The position numbers and the translations under genes were made by a program. From NCBI GenBank assembly GCA_046293175.1, contig JBKBPM010000001.1:299446-363445 (forward strand): a stretch of DNA of 64,000 bases. Reading direction: 5' to 3'. Origin of the DNA: Minisyncoccia bacterium (GTDB taxonomy: Bacteria > Patescibacteriota > Minisyncoccia > Phycocordibacterales > UBA918). The first letter of the stretch is position 1. Each line of letters begins with the position of its first letter. The notes under the pieces are model-generated. The model worked only from the letters and a program-made list of their open reading frames with translations, did no database searches and was not told the DNA's origin. Shown piece by piece: positions 30,237 through 40,088 of the stretch.

Positions 30237-30614
30237 CTACTCTGCTGTGTATAAAAGGAGTCTGATCTGCTTCACGAGGTCATCGAGGCTATGGTGCGCC
30301 TTAATAAAGTAATCGAGAGGCTTCGCTTCATGTGCGAGGCCGATGTTGTTCACATCATCCATGGCAGTAAGAATCACCACGTTGGCACTCCGACCCCATT
30401 CGTCCTCGCGCAAGCGACGGAACATTTCCTGTCCGTCCATAATCGGCATCATGAGATCAAGAAGAATCAAGTCTGGATGATCACGAAGCGCCATTTCAAG
30501 TCCTACCTGACCGTTTTCGGCTCCTGATACCTTGTATCCTTCTTCGTGGAGGGCTTCTATCATCGCCTCGCGGAGGTCGACTTCATCTTCAATGACAAGA
30601 ATACGTTTTTCCAT
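30237..30614 (-). CDS. Single-domain response regulator
   Basis: ILVIEDE, DLILLDLMMP.MDG, ILTA, YFIK. Confidence 0.95.
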   Translation of the reverse strand: MEKRILVIEDEVDLREAMIEALHEEGYKVSGAENGQVGLEMALRDHPDLILLDLMMPIMDGQEMFRRLREDEWGRSANVVILTAMDDVNNIGLAHEAKPLDYFIKAHHSLDDLVKQIRLLLYTAE

Positions 30615-30677
30615 GTCCCCGATTGTACCATAGCTACCCATGGTCTGTCCTCTACCACATTGGTATGATACTTGTAT

Positions 30678-31943
30678 ATGCAAATTAAGGTCGGCTTCGG
30701 GACTTGGCGAGCCGTGCGTATGTTCCTTATTGTTCTCGCTCTGTCTGCAGTCTATGGCGGTATCTATTTTGTTGTGTCGCTCTTGTTGCCAACTATACTC
30801 GGGCCAGTGTTGCTTGTAAGCTTCGTACTCTTACTTGCCTTTGGGGTGGTGACAGTTGGTTCGCCTGATGAAGCTATGGCCAAATGGCACGAAGACCAAC
30901 TCCTCTCGACCCGCGAACTTTACTCCACCCTCTATACGCAGAGTCCAGTGCCGTATCTTACCCTGGATAAGGCAGGGGTGATTACAACGTGTAACCAAGC
31001 AGCCGCTCGCCTCTTTGGAATTACGATGGAACAAATGGTCGGTACAACCGTGAGTGACCGCTTCACTCACGAGGATGAGGTACATCTTTCGGTAGTGCTC
31101 GGTAAGTTCTCATCTGGCTCGACCATTATGGATAGCGAACTACAATTTCGTACCTACACTGATGAACTACGCTGGGTCTCTCTGTACTACTTCGTAAACC
31201 AGACCTTTGACCAACGTCTCGTCTCAATGATTGATGTCACACAGCATAAGATAGTTGATAAGGCGAAGAGCGAGTTTGTCGCGCTTGCGACCCACCAGTT
31301 GCGGACGCCTGTCGCGGCTATCCGCTGGAATGTAGAGCTGCTTGAACGGTCGATGCGTGGTGCCGCGAGTGAGAAGCAAACCAACTACCTCATGAAGATC
31401 GGCCGCAATGTGACCCGTATGCTCGCCCTCATTAATGACTTTCTTAGTGTCTCAAAGCTTGAGACTGGTACCTTCTCCACTGCTCCCGAGCCGATTGAAC
31501 TCTCGACCTACCTCCCGACCATTGTGGAAGAATTTGAAGGTCAGATTAAAGAAAAGCAGATTGAACTTACGGTCAATTATCAACCGGCACCTTTCACCTA
31601 CACTGCTGATAGTCGTCTTTTCCATATTATTACGAGCAATCTTCTCTCCAACGCAGTGAAGTACGTGCGACCGAGCGATCGTATTGCTTTTGGCTACGTG
31701 CTTGAAGGCAATGAACTCGTCTTTACCGTCGCTGATAGCGGTATTGGTATTCCCGCCGAGCAGCTGCCGCGCCTCTTTAGTAAGTTCTTCCGGGCTTCAA
31801 ATGCTATGCAGCACCGCGCCGAAGGTACAGGACTTGGGCTCTACATCGTGAAGGAATCAGTGGAGCAGCTTGGGGGGACGATTACCGTGCAGTCAGTTGA
31901 GAATCAGGGTACAACCTTTATTGTCAGGCTTCCAGTGGCATAG
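30678..31943 (+). CDS. PAS sensor histidine kinase
   Basis: 2 TMs, PAS, ATHQLRTP H-box, NLLSNAVKY, DSGIGI, GTGLGL. Confidence 0.96.
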   Translation: MQIKVGFGTWRAVRMFLIVLALSAVYGGIYFVVSLLLPTILGPVLLVSFVLLLAFGVVTVGSPDEAMAKWHEDQLLSTRELYSTLYTQSPVPYLTLDKAGVITTCNQAAARLFGITMEQMVGTTVSDRFTHEDEVHLSVVLGKFSSGSTIMDSELQFRTYTDELRWVSLYYFVNQTFDQRLVSMIDVTQHKIVDKAKSEFVALATHQLRTPVAAIRWNVELLERSMRGAASEKQTNYLMKIGRNVTRMLALINDFLSVSKLETGTFSTAPEPIELSTYLPTIVEEFEGQIKEKQIELTVNYQPAPFTYTADSRLFHIITSNLLSNAVKYVRPSDRIAFGYVLEGNELVFTVADSGIGIPAEQLPRLFSKFFRASNAMQHRAEGTGLGLYIVKESVEQLGGTITVQSVENQGTTFIVRLPVA

Positions 31944-32086
31944 ACAAACAAAAACCGCTTCCTTTTGAGGAAGCAGTTTTGTTATCACCATTCAAAACTA
32001 AGTGATAAGACACGGATAAAGCCATTAGGAATAGGCTTTACTCGCGAAAAATCGCAATTGTCGCGCTTTGCGCTCTGTAGCTCATT

Positions 32087-32986
32087 TTACTTAACGACTC
32101 GTTCAAAACAATATCGTCCTTCTTTATAGTTCCAATTTTCAGGATTCTTGATCCTGGCCATCGGGTCTACATAGCCACTGTCCATGAACTCATTTGGCGC
32201 ACTATCGCGGGAGAAGGTGGCGCAGAGCTTAAAGCCCTTGTCGGTTTTTTCATAACTATAGGCCTCGCGTCCTTCTGGTGCGGTTGGTACTACCCCACCA
32301 ACGTCCGTATACGCCTCTTCGAGCGTATTTGGCAGGGTTGAGCTACTCATCGCCATATAGCTATCAATTTGCCACTGGATATTGCGGAGGTCGTTTACCT
32401 GTTGCTCATCAAGCTTCATGTCGCGGACCACGGCTGGGGTTTCGATATTACCAAGGCCAAAGGCAACTGCTAGAAATACCACCAAGGATGCACCAATACC
32501 AAACATGACTGACTTCCCCTCTTCTTTCACCCAGATACCGCGGGCATCAAGAATGTAGTAATGGAAGGCGGCACCTACCACAACGAGTACGGTCGCGGCC
32601 TTAAGGAGGAACCGGGTGGTCAAGTCACCGTTAAGGAAGGTGTAGATGGTGGTTACGAGTGTCCCAAGGAGTACCAGTCCGCCAATGAGGAGTGAGAGGT
32701 AAATGAGCCACTTCGTGATGTTCTGATAAAGTGCACCTTGTTCAACCCGACGGAAACGGTTCATGAGCCGAGTGAGGACGAGATAAGTTGGGAAAAAGAC
32801 AAGCAACATCGCAATACCGATACGGATACCTTCAGTAGCACTTTCTATTTCCCAATAGGTGTCACTAGCACTTGGGTAACTGATATTAATAAGTCCAAAT
32901 AAGAGCGTGATTAAAAATGATGCAGACAAGTAAAGCGCAATTAATGACCCTACTTGTAAGACAACGTTACGTGGTGTGTTTTCCAT
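32087..32986 (-). CDS. DUF5671-like membrane protein
   Basis: Multi-TM, KWLIYLSL..FLNGDLTTRF, D.Q.V.DL..I, C-terminal LCATF. Confidence 0.8.
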   Translation of the reverse strand: MENTPRNVVLQVGSLIALYLSASFLITLLFGLINISYPSASDTYWEIESATEGIRIGIAMLLVFFPTYLVLTRLMNRFRRVEQGALYQNITKWLIYLSLLIGGLVLLGTLVTTIYTFLNGDLTTRFLLKAATVLVVVGAAFHYYILDARGIWVKEEGKSVMFGIGASLVVFLAVAFGLGNIETPAVVRDMKLDEQQVNDLRNIQWQIDSYMAMSSSTLPNTLEEAYTDVGGVVPTAPEGREAYSYEKTDKGFKLCATFSRDSAPNEFMDSGYVDPMARIKNPENWNYKEGRYCFERVVK

Positions 32987-33023
32987 ATATCTTTATTATA
33001 CGCTTATACAGGCTGAAAAGTAA

Positions 33024-33617
33024 CTATCTGTTGGTATTGGTCCAAAGGTCTTTCCACCATTCGGACGGATCCCGCTCATAGAGGGTTTTGCCAAGTTCTT
33101 TGGCAGCGTCAGTCTTGAGGCGATCAATTGGTCGCGAATCTACATCGCTGCGTTTACCTGCGAGCCAAATCTGTGCTTCTTTACTACCCTGCCACTCGTA
33201 TTCACGGAGGAGGAGTATTTGGTCGATAATATCAGCGTCTTTGGCACAGAGAGATTCGAGTGATTCTCGTTTCTCATACTCCTGGTTAAGTACCAGCAGG
33301 TCATCAAATGGCAGTGTGCCAAGTTGATCTTCGGCTATTTCTGCATCAAATACCTTCACGTAGCGTTTGTGTACCCAGTTGTGGTCGTTACTGCGGATTT
33401 CACCAAGATCATGAATAAGACACATCATGACTGTCTTGTATGGATCGGCACCGGCAAGTTTGGCTAAATGCCAGCCGATAATGGCGACGCGGTAAGAGTG
33501 CGAAGCAATAGTATCTGACGAATCCTCGACAAGGAGCGTCTGCCGGTGCATGCGCTGCAAACGGCGCATGGTACCTACTTCGAATAAAAAGTCAGCCAAT
33601 CGCTTATTGGTATCCAT
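33024..33617 (-). CDS. HD-domain hydrolase (YfbR/HD_3-like)
   Basis: DTIASHSYR, LIHDLGE..D, KDAD. Confidence 0.9.
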   Translation of the reverse strand: MDTNKRLADFLFEVGTMRRLQRMHRQTLLVEDSSDTIASHSYRVAIIGWHLAKLAGADPYKTVMMCLIHDLGEIRSNDHNWVHKRYVKVFDAEIAEDQLGTLPFDDLLVLNQEYEKRESLESLCAKDADIIDQILLLREYEWQGSKEAQIWLAGKRSDVDSRPIDRLKTDAAKELGKTLYERDPSEWWKDLWTNTNR

Positions 33618-33775
33618 ACCAGTATTATACGCCAGTTTGTGGCGAAAGAAAAAAGGGGCGCAAAGCGCCCGACGTGCCAGAGTGGCACCAAGTACCGACA
33701 GTGTGGGCAACGTACCACCCACTCAAAGCTTGGGGTGAAGAACGCGTGGCCACAATGCGGACAATATATAATCAT
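33575..33775 (-). CDS. Small double-CxxC zinc-ribbon orphan (real end probably near 33680)
   Basis: AAGGAG SD; CPHCG..CPHCR; ORF reads through a terminator-like hairpin. Confidence 0.5.
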   Translation of the reverse strand: MIIYCPHCGHAFFTPSFEWVVRCPHCRYLVPLWHVGRFAPLFSFATNWRIILVWIPISDWLTFYSK

Positions 33776-33867
33776 AGACTGCTCCTTTTTTGGTTTTTCC
33801 TTGCTCTATGACGGTCGAAGTAGGAAAAAGGTTACAGAACCGATGAATCACGGTATACTCTAGGTAT

Positions 33868-34137
33868 ATGAAACCTGATGATTTGAAACAAGCCCCCAAG
33901 CTTTTTTGTGAGAGTATTAACATTGGCTTTACCTCCGAGTTCTTTGTGATGGGACTCTCCTCTGGTAATCAGGCCTCTATCTATTCACTCACTCCCCAGC
34001 ACGCGAAGCGCTTGCAGCAGTATCTCACGCACCAAATTGCCGACTACGAAAAGACCCATGGCGCTATCAAAGCCGAGTGGTCCCCAACAATTATCAGTCC
34101 CGTCCAGCGGGCCAATCCTCCGAGCGACCTTAGTTAA
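33868..34137 (+). CDS. DUF3467-like small protein
   Basis: EFFVM, LTPQHAKRL..L..QI..YEK.HG.I. Confidence 0.8.
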   Translation: MKPDDLKQAPKLFCESINIGFTSEFFVMGLSSGNQASIYSLTPQHAKRLQQYLTHQIADYEKTHGAIKAEWSPTIISPVQRANPPSDLS

Positions 34138-34246
34138 AAGCTTCAAAAACGTTTAAGTAATAACAAAAACTTACTATCATATATGATAGTAAGTTTTTGC
34201 ACTGGCACTTTATGTTTTTACAAATGGTACCTCTTTGTAGCGGTAG

Positions 34247-35347
34247 CTAGATCAAAAACTCAATCACGTCACCATCTTGCACAATATACTCCTTACCTTC
34301 GGTGCGGAGTTTGCCGGCTTCACGCGCTTTGGCAATTGAGCCACACTCGACTAGGTCTGCAAAGGTTACTACTTGTGCGCGGATATATTTCTTTTCAAAA
34401 TCAGTATGGATGGCAGCCGCTGCTTTTGGTCCAGTTGAACCAATTGGTACGGTCCAGGCACGTGTCTCCTTTTCACCGGTGGTGAAATAGGACATGAGTC
34501 CAAGCCGGGTGTAACAAGCCCGGATGAGGGTGCCAATACCACTATCCTGGGCACCGTATTCACGACGGAAGTCCATCTTCTCGTCTTCGGCGAGGTCGCG
34601 TAGTTCATGTTCCATCCCAGCGTCAACCACTACATACTCTGCACCGGTGACATCAAAGAAATCAAGCAAGTCATGCCAGCGTTCGTCACTCTGGTCATCG
34701 AGGTTCATGCCGCCGTGCTTCTTGTTACAAATATACAAAAAGGGCTTCATGGTGAGGAGGTGGAGGTGTTTTACGACCTTTAACTCGTCTTCATTCATCT
34801 CAAGCTGGTTTGCAAGGTTTCCATCGGCGAGATGCTGTTTGATACGAACGAGGAGGTCGCGTTCGACGATCGCATCCTTGTCCCCTCGCTTCGTATCACG
34901 TTCGACGTTCTGGAGGCGCTTCTCCACGGTCTCTGCGTCAGCCAGCACAAGTTCGAGATTAATCACTTCGATATCCCCACGTGGGTCAATGTGGCCGGCC
35001 ACATGGTGGATGTCTTCGTCTTCAAAGATACGTACCACCTGTCCAATCATATCGGTCTCGCGGATGTTGGCAAGGAACTTGTTGCCGAGACCTTCCCCAC
35101 TGGCGGCACCCTCAACCAATCCGGCAATATCCACAAATTCAATCACTGCTGGAATAATTTGCTGTGAACTAGAAATAGCACTGAGGGTCTCGAGTCGACT
35201 ATCCGGTACTGCCACCACACCGACAGATGGGTCGATGGTAGCAAAAGGATAGTTCGCAATGAGGACCTCATTGCGTGTAAGGGCGGTGAATAAAGTTGAT
35301 TTGCCGACGTTTGGGAGGCCGACAATACCGACTGATAGTTTTGACAT
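34247..35347 (-). CDS. ychF: Ribosome-binding ATPase YchF
   Basis: GLPNVGKSTLF, NYPFATIDP, DIAGLV, IHTDF, EGKEY.VQDGD. Confidence 0.99.
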   Translation of the reverse strand: MSKLSVGIVGLPNVGKSTLFTALTRNEVLIANYPFATIDPSVGVVAVPDSRLETLSAISSSQQIIPAVIEFVDIAGLVEGAASGEGLGNKFLANIRETDMIGQVVRIFEDEDIHHVAGHIDPRGDIEVINLELVLADAETVEKRLQNVERDTKRGDKDAIVERDLLVRIKQHLADGNLANQLEMNEDELKVVKHLHLLTMKPFLYICNKKHGGMNLDDQSDERWHDLLDFFDVTGAEYVVVDAGMEHELRDLAEDEKMDFRREYGAQDSGIGTLIRACYTRLGLMSYFTTGEKETRAWTVPIGSTGPKAAAAIHTDFEKKYIRAQVVTFADLVECGSIAKAREAGKLRTEGKEYIVQDGDVIEFLI

Positions 35348-35376
35348 ATGGGGCTGAGTGTAGCAGAAAAGTCTAT

Positions 35377-35488
35377 AAAAAAGAAGCCGCCCTCCGAAGA
35401 AGGCGGTGTCGAGGGAGCCGTACCAGGAGCCGGCGGGACTGCTCTAGGTACATCATGCGGCCAGCATCAATGAGGCTCACCTCGACAT
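35377..35488 (-). ncRNA. Candidate small structured RNA
   Basis: Extended -10 TGcTATAGT, closed 3-way junction, UUCG-capped terminator; no plausible ORF. Confidence 0.55.
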
Positions 35489-35511
35489 TTCTACTATAGC
35501 AGAGACGATAG

Positions 35512-36351
35512 TTATAGCAATGGGGCGACGTATTCGCAGAATTTGATTTCGTTCTTATCCTTCCCCAGCTTTACTGCAAAAGCTTCTTTAACTGCCTCAC
35601 GACCACCAAGAATATCAACGAGTTTTTTTTCTTGGGCTTTGGTACCGGTGAGGGTTGAACCATCGGCAAGTACGGCCACGTCATCGCGATTTATATTTCG
35701 GTATTTACTCACGAGATCAATAAAGTAGTTGTGTATCTCTTCGAGCTGTCCCTCAAGGAGTGCGCGCTCTTCTTCTGTTAGTGGTTTGTTTGGACTGCCG
35801 GTGTCTTTGAATTTACCAGAGTTAAGTGGTACGTAAGTGATACCTTCTTCTTCATTCTTTTCTGATTCCTCGGTGTATGACATGGTCACGCCGATGCTCC
35901 CGACGTCTGACATCGGGGACGCCACAATTGTATCGGCAGCCGAAGCAATCATGTACCCACCTGAGGCAGCGATGTCTCCGACGAGTGCGATGTTTGGTAT
36001 TTCGAGTGCAGCGATCTGACTGGCGATGTCTTCAGACGCCACTGGTGTGCCACCAGGTGAGTTGATTTCAAACATTACGCCTTCAATCATGCTTTCGTAC
36101 TCTAGAGTCGAGAGGAAGTCACGCACATCAGTTGGTGTGGTCACAAAGTCATCGTACATCACTCCATTGCCGTACGGCATAATCACCCCATTAATGGGCA
36201 TCACTGCGATGTTACATTCACCATCACTGATACTTGTGAGACTAAAGGTAAAGAAGCCAATCATCCCAATGATGATAGCGAGGGTCAGGATAACAGCAAA
36301 GACTTTGAGTAAAACACTGGCGAGCTCCCGCCTAAATGACATATGAGACAT
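35512..36351 (-). CDS. sppA: Signal peptide peptidase SppA (S49)
   Basis: INSPGG, AASGGYMIA, GSIGV, GKFKD. Confidence 0.95.
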   Translation of the reverse strand: MSHMSFRRELASVLLKVFAVILTLAIIIGMIGFFTFSLTSISDGECNIAVMPINGVIMPYGNGVMYDDFVTTPTDVRDFLSTLEYESMIEGVMFEINSPGGTPVASEDIASQIAALEIPNIALVGDIAASGGYMIASAADTIVASPMSDVGSIGVTMSYTEESEKNEEEGITYVPLNSGKFKDTGSPNKPLTEEERALLEGQLEEIHNYFIDLVSKYRNINRDDVAVLADGSTLTGTKAQEKKLVDILGGREAVKEAFAVKLGKDKNEIKFCEYVAPLL

Positions 36352-36375
36352 ATAGTGCTCAGTATAGCAGAGGTA

Positions 36376-36771
36376 CTACCAATTAAGGTAGGTAATGGTG
36401 AATTGGAGTACTGTCGCAAAAGAAACCCAAAGGAGATATGGGATATTAGCATACACAATCCATGGATAATATGGGAAGATGAAGTAAAGGGCAGCAACCA
36501 GAGAACCGAGCACCACTATAATATCAATAGCAGCTAGGAGGTTACTTTGAAGACCGAATTGCAATGGTGTAAATAGTATGTTGGCGACTAAGTTAAGGAG
36601 AAAGATACCGGCAATCCAGTACGGTACCTCGCCGGTGTAGGTTTTATAAAATACGTACGTGAAGCTCACCGCAATAATGGCGTAGAGGACACTCCAGACC
36701 GGACCAAAAAGCCAAGCTGGAGGTGCCCAGGTTGGTTTGATAAGGGTTGCGTACCACGTGTACTGTTCCAT
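36376..36771 (-). CDS. tspO: TspO/MBR tryptophan-rich sensory protein
   Basis: WY..L.KP.WAPPAWLFGPVW, PYLLWVSFA. Confidence 0.93.
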   Translation of the reverse strand: MEQYTWYATLIKPTWAPPAWLFGPVWSVLYAIIAVSFTYVFYKTYTGEVPYWIAGIFLLNLVANILFTPLQFGLQSNLLAAIDIIVVLGSLVAALYFIFPYYPWIVYANIPYLLWVSFATVLQFTITYLNW

Positions 36772-36844
36772 ATCACTATTATATCACGTGTGCCAAACAA
36801 AAAGGCGGAAAGACTGAGTCTTTGACCCGCCTTTCCGCTGTGGT

Positions 36845-37180
36845 TTATTGCTTGGACTTCAGTCGACGTTTCCGATCCTTGATCACCTTTGGTTCGAGCC
36901 AGTAGCGCTCGTTCCAAGGCGGACCAATTTCAAGAATGGTATAAGTCTTACCGTGAAGCTTCATGTACGAACGAACTCGGGGTGCCAGAATCATATACCA
37001 ACCACATCCTTGCAGTTTTTCACCCACTTGCGCGGATTCGATTGCAAGGTCTACGCTCGTGCACATAAGTCGGTCAGAACCAGGTCTGAGCTGACGTTCC
37101 ACATACGACGGCGAGACTTCGATTTCTGCCAGTGCCGGTCCTGCTACCAAGAACAGCAGAAACAGAATAAATCTATTCAT
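36845..37180 (-). CDS. Secreted orphan protein (SD-led cassette)
   Basis: AAGGAGG SD, signal peptide MNRFILFLLFLVAGPALA, TTGATT-17-TATAGT promoter, downstream hairpin. Confidence 0.75.
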   Translation of the reverse strand: MNRFILFLLFLVAGPALAEIEVSPSYVERQLRPGSDRLMCTSVDLAIESAQVGEKLQGCGWYMILAPRVRSYMKLHGKTYTILEIGPPWNERYWLEPKVIKDRKRRLKSKQ

Positions 37181-37287
37181 CTGTGCCTCCTTGGGCGATG
37201 ATCAATTTCGTTAGTACTATATCACATAAAACAAAGAAAATCAATGTGTTAGCATTGATTTTCTTGATAGTAGAGCCATTTTTCTGA

Positions 37288-37866
37288 TTAGATCCCTTTC
37301 TTCCCCATCGCGGCAATCTCACGGAGCCATTTTTCGCGGCAAGGTGAACCGACCTTCTCGCAGGGGCCATAAGCAGTCACGGCGGTGCGGATACCAGCGA
37401 ATTCGAGGATACCGTACTGGATTTCGTTCGTGAAATCACCAAAACGCCACCAGGTCTGGAATGGTGAGTGGGTACCAGAGAGGACAATCACACGGGCTGA
37501 ACGACCTTTGAGATGTTTGTCGATACGTTTCGTCTCTTTATTGAAATTAAAGGCAAAGCCAGGGAGCCAAAAACGGTCAAAGAGACCTTTAAGTAAAGCC
37601 GGCATGGCACACCACCAGTTTGGATACACAATCACGATATGTTCCGCTTCACGGAAGCGGTTTTGGAGGTCAATGAGATCTGGTTCAAGCTGTTGGATTT
37701 CTTTGTAGCCTTTATGGAGGATAGGATCAAACTGCAATTGGCCAAGATTCACGCGAACAACTTCGTGTCCAGCTTCACGAGCGGCGTTTTCGTAACTGTT
37801 CGCTACTTCCCCACTAAATGACTCGTGATCAGGGTGACCACAAAGAACTAAGATCTTTTTTGACAT
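37288..37866 (-). CDS. NAD(P)H-dependent oxidoreductase (flavodoxin-2 fold)
   Basis: GHP..SF, YPNWW.AMPALLKG.FDR, PGFAF. Confidence 0.93.
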   Translation of the reverse strand: MSKKILVLCGHPDHESFSGEVANSYENAAREAGHEVVRVNLGQLQFDPILHKGYKEIQQLEPDLIDLQNRFREAEHIVIVYPNWWCAMPALLKGLFDRFWLPGFAFNFNKETKRIDKHLKGRSARVIVLSGTHSPFQTWWRFGDFTNEIQYGILEFAGIRTAVTAYGPCEKVGSPCREKWLREIAAMGKKGI

Positions 37867-38078
37867 AGATACCTAGAGTATACGGCAACAGGACATCACG
37901 AATGTGATGTCCTGTTGATAATACTAATTTAGTATTTTTAAACCAAATCAAATCAAGAATTAGACAAGTGGCCCGAGATTCTAGGCGTCGAGCCAAAGAA
38001 TTAGGAGTCGTACTTACTTGTATGATGACTGTTTCTTTGGTGAAGACATCAACGACGATTAGGCTAATTGTTTGATTC

Positions 38079-38399
38079 TTAGCGTCGGATAGAGCCGTTG
38101 GGATTAAACTTACCTGCCGCCCCACCTCCCATCTGCATCTTCGCCAGTTTCTCCTTCATTTCTGGACTCATCACGGCGAGAATCTCCTGCTGGTACTTTG
38201 GGAGTACCTTCATAGCCGCTGCCATCTGGTTGTTGCCGTTTGATTTAAGCTCCGCTTGCATCTCTTTGGCAATTTTTTCAAATAGCTCGGGCTTCTTTTC
38301 GAGCATTTCAATAATCATTTGTTGTTGCTCGATTGGGACGTTTTTCATTTGCGATTGTACGAGCTTCTTAATCGCCATGTTCTTTAATTTTCCAAACAT
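38079..38399 (-). CDS. Helical Met/Gln/Lys-rich hypothetical protein
   Basis: Clean ORF; TATGAT 8 nt before ATG. Confidence 0.8.
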   Translation of the reverse strand: MFGKLKNMAIKKLVQSQMKNVPIEQQQMIIEMLEKKPELFEKIAKEMQAELKSNGNNQMAAAMKVLPKYQQEILAVMSPEMKEKLAKMQMGGGAAGKFNPNGSIRR

Positions 38400-38494
38400 A
38401 CGTCGCCATCATACCACATACCACCAGCAACAGATGAAATATGGACATTATCTAATATTTATGGTACTATACTAATTATTTTTAGTATTTGTAT

Positions 38495-40087
38495 ATGGGT
38501 ATCATTCAGGCTGTCATTGACTCAATAATTCACTTCATTTCTGTGACTTTAGTTAGTCAAGTAAAATTATTCTTCACTTCACGCTGGTCATTAAAGAAAA
38601 TTACTATATTGGTAGGTCTCGTTGCGGCTGGAGCTATTGTGTGGTTCGTGAGCAGTACTGAAGATAGCCCAGAAGTAGCTAGTCTCCCACCGCAAGTACG
38701 GGTTGCTACGGTAGATACCCTAAAAAATCAAAATACTGCCCAGTTTATTGGTACTGTGCGTTCGGTGAGTGAAGCCGACCTTCAAACCGAACGTGGTGGT
38801 CGAGTTACTAGCGTTCGTGTTAAAGCCGGTGATGTTATTCGTGCCGGGACTGTTATTGCCACACTGGAAAACGCTTCAGAACAAGCGGCTGTGTTGCAAG
38901 CTCAAGGGTCGTACCAAGCAGCACTCGCTGCTAATCGCCAAGGCATTCTTGGCATTGCCGAGGCTACCACTGCGCTTGAAACTGCGAAGCGTAATGCTGT
39001 AACTGGTAATGCTAGTGCCTATAATACAGTGAGTGGTGTTGTGCGAACGACAGTAGACTCATACTTCGCAAATCCAACTTCGCAGTTGCCTGGTCTTCGT
39101 ATCGATGGCAAAGGGAGTACCCAAGTTATTAATGCAGCTCGTGTTGCACTCGAAAGTACACTTGCGAAGTGGCAGAGTGAAAGTACTGCCCTGACCCCAG
39201 CAGGTAACATTACAGCCGCGATTGAAAATGGTCGTCGTTACACCAAAGAAGTAGTTGCGCTAGTAGATAGTTTGATTACAGCTCTTGAACGTGATACCGC
39301 TGGTGGTTCAGCTGGAGACCTGGAACGAGCAGCGAATATTACGGTGCTTACTACCGCTCGTGGTACTTTGCTTGGTATCGAGAGTTCACTCCAAGGTTCT
39401 CTCTCTGCTATCTCAGCGGCTGAAGATGCGAAAGCCCGGGCCGAGATTACTGCTGGTAGTAGTGGACCAACTGCCAATAGTGCAGCCATCACTCAAGCAC
39501 TTGGCGCGCTCCGTGCTGCGCAAGCGAATCTAGAAAAGACAATTATTCGCTCTCCAATTTCTGGAACCGTAGCTGTCCTCCGTGTTAATGCTGGGGAGTA
39601 TATTGCTGCTCAAACACCAGTTGCCCGTGTGACAGGTGGTACGGGACTCGAAATCTCAATTTTCGTTGGCGACCGCGACCGTGAGCAATTTGTGATTGGT
39701 AATACTGTGCAGATAGATGGAACAGCAACTGGTACGGTAGTGAATATCGCACCAGCAATTGATCCTGTCACGCAAAAAGTAGAAGTTAAAGTTGCTACTG
39801 ATGCAATGAACCTAGTGAATGGAGACACCGTTTCGGTAACGCTTAATGCGAGTACGAGCACTGTAGCAACTAAGCTCGAGGTGCCAATTACTGCTATAAA
39901 ATTTACTGACACAGCTGGTTTTGTTTTTGTTGTTGATAACAATCTCCTTCGTGCCGTCCCGGTTGAAATCGGAGAAGTGAATGGTTCACTGGTTACTATT
40001 AAAAGTGGTATCGATAGTACTACTGAATTTGTAGTAGATGCGCGTGGTAAAACTGACGGGGAGCAGGTAGAAGTAATTCGCGATTAA
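38495..40087 (+). CDS. RND efflux membrane-fusion (adaptor) protein
   Basis: TM, lipoyl halves V.AGD.I.AG / IRSPISGTV, long helical hairpin. Confidence 0.93.
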   Translation: MGIIQAVIDSIIHFISVTLVSQVKLFFTSRWSLKKITILVGLVAAGAIVWFVSSTEDSPEVASLPPQVRVATVDTLKNQNTAQFIGTVRSVSEADLQTERGGRVTSVRVKAGDVIRAGTVIATLENASEQAAVLQAQGSYQAALAANRQGILGIAEATTALETAKRNAVTGNASAYNTVSGVVRTTVDSYFANPTSQLPGLRIDGKGSTQVINAARVALESTLAKWQSESTALTPAGNITAAIENGRRYTKEVVALVDSLITALERDTAGGSAGDLERAANITVLTTARGTLLGIESSLQGSLSAISAAEDAKARAEITAGSSGPTANSAAITQALGALRAAQANLEKTIIRSPISGTVAVLRVNAGEYIAAQTPVARVTGGTGLEISIFVGDRDREQFVIGNTVQIDGTATGTVVNIAPAIDPVTQKVEVKVATDAMNLVNGDTVSVTLNASTSTVATKLEVPITAIKFTDTAGFVFVVDNNLLRAVPVEIGEVNGSLVTIKSGIDSTTEFVVDARGKTDGEQVEVIRD

Positions 40088-40088
40088 T

